In this document: positions 52,520 through 64,000 of the stretch, piece after piece
Layout: every line of letters begins with the position of its first letter
Numbering within the stretch: the first letter of the stretch is position 1
From: Octopus vulgaris
Taxonomy: Eukaryota
Length of the DNA: 64,000 bases
Assembly: GCA_951406725.2 (NCBI GenBank)
Contig: OX597830.1
Span: 35,154,001 to 35,218,000, forward strand
Direction of reading: 5' to 3'
The notes under the pieces: model-generated
The model's input: the letters and a program-made list of their open reading frames with translations, nothing else
What the model was told of the DNA's origin: nothing
Database searches by the model: none
Translations under genes and position numbers: made by a program

Positions 52520-53229
52520 TATCGTGTAGACATATATCTTCGTCACCGTCTTTACAAATCCTACTGCATTACGCATATTTTTAGTTCTTCAGAGTTGTCT
52601 TTGTGTACAAATCAATCTCCATTTTTCGTTTTTGCTTCTGTTATTTTTTTTTTTATCTTTGCTGTAAAATTCGGCTTGTATGCCGGAAAATGTGATACAT
52701 ATTATTTTTTTTATTTTTCATACACACATGGCACTCGTGATCACATTATCCAATGTGAGATTTCTTAACATCGGTATATAATGTGATCTGAATGAAATTT
52801 AGCTGCTATTTCTAACATTTTGATATGGCTGATAACATTGTAGTTGTGCTTTATAGAATTCATCACACGAGCAAAAATCCATAACCTCGCATAACATTGA
52901 ATTCATCAGTCACTCTTATGTAATGTTTATTATCAACTATTTTTTCTCATAGATCTCAAAATACAAATAGTATATTATAATTATTCATTAAATTAGTGTG
53001 TGTTTTTTTTTGCTTTATCTATTCATTAATTTATTTCTTTATTGTAAACGCAGGAAAAGTTTTTATTAGCGTTCGGTTCCTATGTTTGGTTATCAAAGAA
53101 ACTCATTACTTCATAGAAACATCGTGAGCTTAACTCAGTTTTACTGCTTCTTAGAATTAGAAATTTTGTTATCGCTAAATAAGTATCTACTAAATTAATT
53201 GTTAGTCCTTCTCCGAAAATCGTTTCATA

Positions 53230-53479
53230 CTTCATTCACATATGTAGTACTTCTCCTTCCTCCTCTACTACCTCTTCTTCTTCTTCCTCTTCTTCTTTTT
53301 CTTCTTCTTCTTCTTCTTTTTCCTCCCCTTCTTCTTCTTCTTTTTCTTCCTCTTCTTCTTTTTCCTCCTCTTCTTCTTCTTCTTCTTCTTCTTCTTCTTC
53401 TTCTTCTTTGTCTTCTTTTTCTTCTTCATTTTTTCTTCTTTTTCTTTTTCTTCTTTTTCTTCTTCTTCTTCTTCTTCTT

Positions 53480-53529
<50 letters not shown>

Positions 53530-53664
53530 CACCCTATTAGTTCGTCCTCTTCAACTCTTCTACTAATGCTACTACTATTACTACAACTACTATTATTACT
53601 ACTACAACTACTACTGCTGCTACTACTACTACGCATTCTCACCCTACTTGTTCACCTTCTTCCT

Positions 53665-53705
<41 letters not shown>

Positions 53706-54125
53706 GCCACTACAATTACTACAACTGTTACTACTTCTACCACTATTGCTGCTAATACTACCATTACTACTATTACTGCTACTACTACTACTGCTACTAC
53801 TACTATTACTAGTACTACTACTACTACTAGTACTAATACTAATACTACTACTACTGCCACGCATCCTGCCTGTTCGTCTCCTATGCCTTCGTCCTCTCTA
53901 CCTCTTTTTTCTATTTCCTGTTTTCCTCCTTCTTCTCTTTCTTCGTCTTCGTCTTCTAACCCTTTCTCTTCCACCTCGTTTGTTTCATATTACTTATACC
54001 CCGTCTTCATCTTTTACCTCTCCTCTATCTTCATCTTTTTTCTTCTTTATCCTATTCTCCATTTTTACTATTTCCTTTCCCCCTCTCCTTTCTTTCCCTT
54101 CCCCACTTCCACCCCACCTCCTTTT
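53230..54125. repeat. (CTT)/(CTA)-rich simple region
   Basis: Read directly; source of the poly-L, poly-E and poly-S ORFs. Confidence 0.9.
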
Positions 54126-54269
54126 AGCGCTGAATAATCAACGACGTTGATACGATACGTGTTGTGTTGGCCATAGTTAATGAGTTCAAGATGGTTGATA
54201 AAATATTGTAACGAGCATAAATCAGCCGAAATCAACGCAAATTACTTTCACAAAAATACTAACAACAGT

Positions 54270-54488
54270 TTCGAATTTTGGCACAAAGCCAGTAATATCA
54301 GGAGTGGTGGGGAGGAGAATCTTAGTCGAATGCAGTAACACAAGTACTTGAAAGGCATCTTACTTTATCAATCCTGAGATGATAAAGTGTGACGCTAACC
54401 TGCGCTGAAATTGAACTCAGAACGTAAAGCCGAATAAACGCCACCAACTATTTTGCCCAGCATGCAAACAATTCTGCCAGTTCAAGAC
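54270..54488 (-). mobile_element. Old SINE family B (tail-2)
   Basis: GGCACAAAGCC tail, TTGAACTCAGAACGTAA, ATTCTGCCAGTTC head. Confidence 0.6.
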
Positions 54489-54581
54489 CTTAAAAAAAGA
54501 AAAAAAAACCTTAAAGAATACAAATAATAATAGTGTAGTAATATTAGCTACTTTACGTAAGTGATAACTGTCAAGTCAATA

Positions 54582-54702
54582 TCTTCTTCTTCTTCTTCTT
54601 CTTCTTCTTCTTCTTCTTCTTCTTCTTCTTCTTCTTCTTCTTCTTCTTCTTCTTCTTCTTCTTCTTCTTCTTCTTCTTCTTCTTCTTCTTCTTCTTCTTC
54701 TT
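54582..54702. repeat. (CTT)n perfect microsatellite
   Basis: Read directly. Confidence 0.95.
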
Positions 54703-55134
54703 CGCCTTCTACTTCTTCCCCTTCTTTTTCCTCTTTTTCATCAGCTGCTACTGCTTAAACCATCAAACTTCAGAACCAAATATAACCTTGCACCTACGAA
54801 GATGATTTTTCCGATCTGCTACTATCTACCTTCACAAACGAAAAGAGAGAAAGACAGAGAGAAAAAGAGAAAAATGTTCCCCCCTATTTGAAGACTGTTG
54901 AAATATTTACAATTCATTGCATTTAATTTGTTCTTCAATTTCACTGGTTTTTTCTTAATAATTAATATAAATCTTTATTTTACTCTCAGTTGAAAAAGTC
55001 GAAAAGACAGAAGCCGGTACTTACCATTACAAAATGATAAAAAATTATTTTAGCATTTTCTACCTTGTCTTATTTTCCCTATATATGTGTCTGAGTGTAT
55101 GTGTCTGAGTGTATGTACATACATACATACATAC

Positions 55135-55205
<71 letters not shown>

Positions 55206-55556
55206 GGCGCAGGAGTGGCTGTGTGGTAAGTATACATACATAAGTGTCTTCTGCTATAGCCCCGGCCGACAAATGCCTTGTGAGTGGATTTGGTAGACGG
55301 AAACTGAAAGAAGCCTGTCGTATATATGTATATATATATGTATGTGTGTATGTGTTTGTGTGTCTGTGTTTGTCCCCCTATACAACCGATGCTGGTGTGT
55401 TTACGTCCCCGTCACTTAGCAGTTCGGCAAATGAGACCGATAGAATAAGTACTGGGCTTACAAAGAATAAGTCCCAGGGTCGATTTGCTCGGCTAAAGGC
55501 GGTGCTCCAGCATGGCCACAGTCAAATGACTGAAACATGTAAAAGAGTAAAAGAGT
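55206..55556 (+). mobile_element. SINE family A with B-box region replaced by ATAC repeats
   Basis: Head GGCGCAGGAGTGGCTGTGTGGTAAGT, then TATACATACAT, then AAGTGTCTTCT. Confidence 0.88.
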
Positions 55557-57863
55557 AATACATACATATATATATATACACATATACATATATATATACA
55601 TTCATCTATATATGTATGTATATACATATATGGATAAATTGATAGACAGGTGGATTGCTAATTAGACAGACAGACACATAGACAGATAGATACGGATTAA
55701 ATGCTTTGAAACCTTACAGCTGTTTCAACATGCAAGTACTTTTATAGAGATAAGATTTTAAAACATTTTGGATGTATGGACGCTTTTGGCTGATTATAAT
55801 ATTACAGCCTTTAACTCTTAATAAATGAATACGTTTTCTACTCTACTATGTGCTGAGTCGTATACTGAATTCTTAATGCTCTTTCCATTACTACATATAT
55901 GCATGTTTGTGTGTGCGTTCGTATGTGGTTGTATGAAGATGTGTTCGCCGCGTGTTTGCGCATGCTTATATATATATATATATATATATGTATGCATATA
56001 TGCGTCTTGAATATGTGGATTCACCGATATTAAATATATAATTCCCACCTCCCCAAAATCTTAAGTGCAAAAAAAGAAACCAAAAAAAAAATTAAGAACC
56101 ACCAACTGTAAAAGGTAATAAAAACGTAAATATTCCTCGTTTCTTTTCAAGAATCTCATGAGTGATGACACGCGATGTGATAAAGTACTTGTTTTAAAAG
56201 AAACAAAACCTGTTTATTAACATCTGATGACGTACTCTCCTTTTGGAAAAATATTCCTGCAGAGTTATATTCGACACATACTGAAGAATTTACATCGAAA
56301 TGTGCATACACCAGAAGCAAATTTTTTATGGACTTTTGGTTTGTTGTGTTAGGTTTGCTAGTGTGTGCGTATGTGTGTGTATGTGTGTTTATGTGTGTGT
56401 ATGTGTGTGTTTAATCCTAAAACACTTAATGTCAACCATAAAATAGCTTAATACTGTCAATAGGAAGAAAATGAATAACTAGAAACACTAATTCCATGTT
56501 GTTCTTATGATTTTAAATGACGTTGATAATGATAATGATGATGATGGTGATGGTGGAGGTGCTGGTGATGGAAGTGCTGGTGATGGAAGAGCTGGTGGTG
56601 GTGGTGGTGGTGCTGGTGGTAGTGGTGATGGGGAGTGGGGGGGGTGCTGCTGCTACTGGTACTGGTGTCGGCGGTTGCAGGATGATAGTGGTGGTGGAGA
56701 TGATGAATTTTTACTACGATATTTGTAATAATGATGTTGACGTGTTTTTTTTTGTTCGAGCAAATTTGCAACTGTTCACTGTACTATAAATATATATCTA
56801 TAGATTTATATATGTAAGTATAAGGCGTCAAACGAACAGAGGTTTCGTAATCAGATAGGGATTACGTAACACCGGCTCTTTTGTCATATAAGCGCCCGGA
56901 GCTTCGGCGAACGTCTAACGAATAATACATCGTCTCAGTTGGATTTTAACTAATATTGTCGAAGTCATATCCGGTCAAAATAAATACCGCAAAATACGTT
57001 TTTTTCCAACGCTAGATTCTGCCTGCTCACCATTTTCCCTCAATGATAATAAAAAAACAAGTATTATGGTGTCTGTATTTAAATACATGATATATTTAAC
57101 AGGTAATCCATACTGGACACAGGTTCGTGTGTCACATTGCTGGCTAGAAGCGATGGCCTCATGGAGCTAATCAACGGCAGCATTCGTCCTGTTTTTCTCG
57201 ACTGCCATGTTAGCTTGGCGATAACTATTAATATCCAGTACCGCAGCCGTAATCTCCTTTAGAGAGACTTAGAAATATTAATATATATTATCAATACCAG
57301 AGAGACACTTGGTTAAGTTATATGTGGTTCTAAACTTAGGACCGTAAAGCTATGTAGCTATATACCGCAATCTATATTGTCTTTCTGTGTCTATAATTAT
57401 ACTACAAATGCTCACCCAAGCATTCCCATGTGACTATTCTCATATTTAAGCATATGTTCCTTCTAATTTTTTGTTGGGAGTGAGTACATTTTTGTGGGAG
57501 TCTGTGCGGGTTCTCATCGCTCAATTTTCTTCAATTAAAAAAACTGTAGTTTATCATGAGAACCTTGTGATCACATTCCTTTTCCTTGTGGACCAGTTGG
57601 CTGCAGTGTCCGCGCAACGGATGCTCAGCTTCGCATTCACAGCTTTATTCGATATAGAGTTAACGGTCATTTTTCAGCAACGCTCGAATCCAAAAGAATT
57701 TGATGTTTTATTTTTCTCCTTTAAATGCCAACAACCTATTATCTTCCAATGATATTTACAGGACAACATATATATATATACATATGTGTGCATGTATGCA
57801 CATAAGTGTATCCATCCATCCATCTATCTATCAATCGGTCTCTCTTTGGCTCTCTCTGTAAAT

Positions 57864-57902
<39 letters not shown>

Positions 57903-57934
57903 ACTCTCACATATATATATATATTTATATATAT

Positions 57935-58363
57935 GAGTGCCTGCGTGGTAAGTAGCTTGTTTATGAATCACATGGTTCCGGGTTCAGTCCCACTGCGTGG
58001 CACCTTGGGCAAGTGTCTTCTACTATAGCCTCGAGCCGGCCAAAGCCTTGTGGGTGGATTTGGTAGACGGAAACTGAAAGAAGCCCATCGTATATATGTA
58101 CATATATATATATATGTGTGTGTGTGTGTCTGTGTGTATAAGTATGTATATGTGTATAAGTTTGTGTGTCTGTGTTTGTCCCTCCAACATCGCTTGACAA
58201 CCGATGCTGGTGTATTTACGTCCCTGTAACTTAGCGGTTCGGCAAAAGTAGCCGATAAAATAAGTAATAGGCTTACAAAATCCTGGGGTCGATTTGGTTG
58301 ACTAAAGGCGGTGCTCCAGCATTGCCATAGTCAAATGACTGAGAAAAGTAAAAGAGTAAAGAG
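57935..58363 (+). mobile_element. SINE family A
   Basis: Near-consensus body and (AAAGAGT)n tail. Confidence 0.9.
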
Positions 58364-58818
58364 TAATACATACATAAATATATACATATATATATATATA
58401 TACATACGCACATGTACACATACGTACTACGCAACACACACACATATACATATACATGTATGTGTGCCTGTCTATCTGTACAGATAGCGAAATATAGAGA
58501 AAAAGAAATTCAGTAAGAGATATATAGAAAAGAGTATATTGGCATAGGCAGATAAATAGGTGCACTGATAGAGAGCTAGGCAAACAGACAAACAGACAGA
58601 CAGACAGACATATAGATACATACGTACATACATACATACATACATACATACATACATACATACATACATACATACATACATACGTACGTACGTATGTACC
58701 TACATGCATTCCAACATACATACATAAGAGAATGCCTCCATAAACATATATATGTATATATACACACATCTCTACATAACTCCGTACACAGAAACAGACT
58801 TATATAATACCAACTCTC

Positions 58819-58861
<43 letters not shown>

Positions 58862-59267
58862 AGTGTGTCTGTGTCTGTGTGTGTGTGTGTGTGTATCGTA
58901 CGTGTGTAGCTTCATATAATTCTCCCATACATATTCCCTGCCTCTAATCTACCCATTTAACTATACATTGCTATGAATCATTTACATAAGACAAAGCACA
59001 TGATTAACGAACGACTGCTTCATTATACAGGAATGAGGACTCGAAATACGTTGCTAGAGAGAACGTTGTGCTTCCTAACATGTTAATTATATATAAATTT
59101 GAAGGTAAACATAAGCAATTTGGCTAGAATATAAAACTTATATCAGATCATGGATTGAAATTAGCTTCAAGAAATTGCAAAATATATGTGTGTCTATATA
59201 CCGCGTAAATGCATATACGTATTTACGTATGTATGAATATATGCTTGTATATGTATTTGTGTATTAT

Positions 59268-59308
<41 letters not shown>

Positions 59309-59332
59309 CTTGTATATGTATTTGTGTATTAT

Positions 59333-59390
<58 letters not shown>

Positions 59391-59500
59391 GTATATGTAT
59401 ATATATGTATACATATTATGTATATGTATATATGTATACATATAATGTATATGTATATATGTATACATATAATATATATCTATATCTACACACACACATA

Positions 59501-59569
<69 letters not shown>

Positions 59570-60409
59570 TAGGGATGTATGTAACTAGGTATGAATGTAT
59601 ACTCGCACAGACATATGTATGTGTACATATAGGCATGTGTGTCTGTAGGGGTTGCGTGTACGTGTATGCGCGTGTGTTTTCGAGTGCAGGAACGCGTGTA
59701 TATCTACATATGTATTACTACATACGTAATCTTCCGAGTTAATATACGTCGTAACACTACAATATATATAATATATAATAAATTGCGTAAAAATGCGAGG
59801 AAAGAAATTAAACAGAAAATGAATTAATGCTCCGCAGATCAGTAACATCGATCATGATGAAGATATTGATGATGATGATGATGATGATGATGAGAAGGAC
59901 GAGGAAGAAGAAGAAAAAGCAGAAGAGGTGGAGGAGGTGGCTCATCGTGATCACGATGGTGATCATGATGATGATGATGATGATTATGATGATGATGGAT
60001 GTCATTATCGAGATAATAATGGTGACGTTGACCAGATAACGATGATGTCTTCGATGAAGTTATATGGGTGTTGACGTTGTGTAGAGGTGTTAATTCTCTT
60101 ACGCGACAGTTCTTGGATGTATGCGGTAATTTTCTCAGAGGCGGGTAGTGCGGCCATATTTGTCGTCTTTTTCCGAAATTCTGTTTCGCCTTAATGCAAT
60201 TTAAATGAAGAATGCTATATACTCACTTACTACTGTTCCAGTCGATTGCTATGTTTGTGTGTGTTTTTCTTTAATAACTTTCGAATTTGTCGCCTAATTT
60301 TCTCCGCCATCTCGTCTTCCGTCTTAGATTCTTCTAACTCCAATTCCTGTATGTTTCGCTTTATTACTCTCCGCTGCTTACTCTGTACTCTAAATCATTA
60401 GCCGGTAAA

Positions 60410-61830
<1,421 letters not shown>

Positions 61831-62049
61831 TGTCTATCATCACAGCCCTCCTTCTCCCCATCACCGTCCTCAGGTCACCTATTTTGCTTTTTGGCCAAAG
61901 CTTCTGAGCCATTGTTTATCACTCTCCATTTCTTCCTGGGTATATATTCCAATTCCGATTTCAGTTTGTTTTTTGTCTTCTTTCTGTCTCTTTCAATTTC
62001 TGGGGGGTTTTTTTCAGCTAGTTTCCAATCTCTATTTTATTGTTTAATT

Positions 62050-63200
62050 ATATAAACAGAAAAGCATTTTTCCACTCCTATATATTTCCTTATTATGCTA
62101 AACGGTTCCCATTCTAAGTGTTGTGGCCTTCAAAGTTCTTCTTTGTAGTTAGTTTTCCACTTGTAGGCAGTCCGACCTCGTTATTTGTAGGTAGATACAC
62201 AACTTTATCCATACAAGCTTTGGATGTGCCATTTTGGAAACTGTTTGCCGATACCTTTTTTTTTTTGTTGCTTTATTTTATTCTGTCTGAGCTCATCATT
62301 TTACTTCCGCATCATTATTTATACGTTGTAGTTTATTCCTGGATGGCATGCGGTATATTTGCACCAAGTATTTCTACGAAGCATCCGAGCTTTAGCGCTA
62401 TATCAGATAGTTTCTTTTGTAATATTTTTTTCTTTTACTTTCTCCATCATTTCTACGTATTACTTCTTAACAGTTTCACCTCTTCCTAAATGTCTATGCA
62501 GATGGTTGATTCGGGTCTAAATCCTGAATGTATCTAACTTAATGTCATCAGATTTATATAATATCCGTCTTCTTCCAGTAACTTTCGCACATATCACTAA
62601 ATCTATTTTCTCATTAATGTCATACGAGAATTTATGAAAAACTATAAGTAGATTTACGTAGCTCTATATTATTCTGAGTAGATATATTAAAGCTTTCCAT
62701 ATAGAGAAGGCAGTTGGTATCGTCTTGAGCATCTATATCTATTTGCTGTTTCATTAAAATAGATTTTACTCGAAGAATGAGGTTTAGGTTAAAGATTATT
62801 GGATATTATATAACTTGCTGGATGATTTCTCTACTTATTGGTATACGCCTGGATTTAATTATCTTCTCTTCGTCTTGCAAGGATGTTTGTTTTTCATTTT
62901 TACATAACATTATTGAAAATTTTAGTTAGTATAGGGATTGGCTACTTACTGTTCGAGTGTTTCTAATATCCAAGAGATTGGTTGGTATACTAGCAAATTC
63001 TCTTCAGTAAGCAATCCAAATCATATTAAGTCTTCGCTCTTTGCTTGTTTCTCATTAAACCTCGATTTACGAGTTGCTACACTTTCAGGTATCCGTACTG
63101 CTCCTTTGTAATAATACAATCAGTATCCAACTCTTTGTAAAGAATGTGTGAAAGGATTTTGTAACTTATTCGAAAGTAAGTTACAACAATTTCAGTTTGG
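62050..63200 (-). pseudogene. Old R4/Dong-like LINE reverse transcriptase remnant (may extend to the window end)
   Basis: Minus-strand motifs in order: SYKILSHILYKEL...IITKEQYGY, LNMIWIAY*REFASIP, WILETLE, IPISREIIQ, NCLLYMES (compare WIDYKKAFDSIP, RGIFQG, HLLYMDD). Confidence 0.7.
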
Positions 63201-63359
63201 GAATCACAGAAATTTTATTTAATTCTAGAAAATTAATATTGTTTACATTTCAGCAGCAATGAAGGTTTTGATTCTGGTCTGCTTATTTGTCCGCAGAATA
63301 ACACCAACACACAGCTCCTGGGTATCGGTTTCTCAACCATTTTTTTTTTACCTATGACA

Positions 63360-63570
63360 TATATATACATACCTACATACACACACACATACATATATAT
63401 ATATATATGCGATGAGGGTCTTTCAGTTTTCGTCAAACCAATCCACTCAAATGTCTCTGGTCGGCTCGAAGCTATTGTAGAAGACACTTGCACAACAAGC
63501 TACGCACTGGGGCTGAACCCAGAACCACATTGTTGCGAAAGAAACCTCTTACCACACAGCCACGCCGGCG
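63360..63570 (-). mobile_element. SINE family A 5' half
   Basis: TTTCAGTTTTCGTC...AGAAGACACTTGC...CTTACCACACAGCCAC. Confidence 0.8.
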
Positions 63571-64000
63571 TGTTCGTTTAAGCTTTTCTTTTACTTCAAT
63601 AGCATCTTCTATGTTAATGATTTTAGACGTTTTATTACAATGAGTTCTTTTTTTTTCCTTTTGAAAATACGCCTCTCTTTTCCGATTTTTCAAAGAATAG
63701 AAAGGCTTTACTATTTTATTTTTCACGTAGTGTATCGTCTTTTCATTGTATTCCAAGACGTTTGACAGTATTAAGATCAAACCCGGTTTTCCACAATGCT
63801 GCCAGTGATATTGACTTGATTAAATCATTCAACCCGGTTGACAATCAGTTAATTTGCTACAATGGATGGTATATCCTGCAAGGTTTCCCAACTTATGTTT
63901 ATATTTTCGTGGAACTGCTTGTTTCTGCATGAGTTGCTTTTACGTATATCGAATTATTTTTCAGCAATTTTTTTAATGATCTCTTTTACTTCTTATTCAT

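Noticed and set aside
60225-60390. Protein-like minus-strand frame ELELEESKTEDEMAEKIRRQIRKLLKK with nearby GTAAGT
   Set aside because: Weak acceptor, short, and no recognisable homology.

Overview
Eukaryotic, AT-rich, repeat-saturated non-coding DNA (intron or intergenic). The SINE families and extreme microsatellite density suggest an octopus or related coleoid genome; this is an inference from family recognition, not a search. No protein-coding gene can be called with confidence: nearly all supplied ORFs are translations of (TA)n, (CA)n, (GATA)n or trinucleotide repeats. The window holds at least five tRNA-headed SINE families (my labels A-E), pseudogenised LINE fragments (three R4/Dong-like, two RTE-like), three TA-flanked MITEs, an 83-bp tandem array, a ~360-bp local duplication, and about a dozen intact-to-decayed minimal type I hammerhead ribozyme motifs of the Penelope-like element (PLE) kind. 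Two candidate systems stand out. (1) Family D: tRNA head + (AAT)n + hammerhead-bearing PLE-like tail, with an inverted piece of its own 3' end abutting the 5' end in all three copies, i.e. a Pol III SINE apparently mobilised by Penelope machinery. (2) Family B: a tail-1 subfamily that inserts before GGTA and repeatedly inside copies of its own family, giving seamless head-to-tail multimers within one target-site duplication (TSD). All coordinates and pairings were read by eye.
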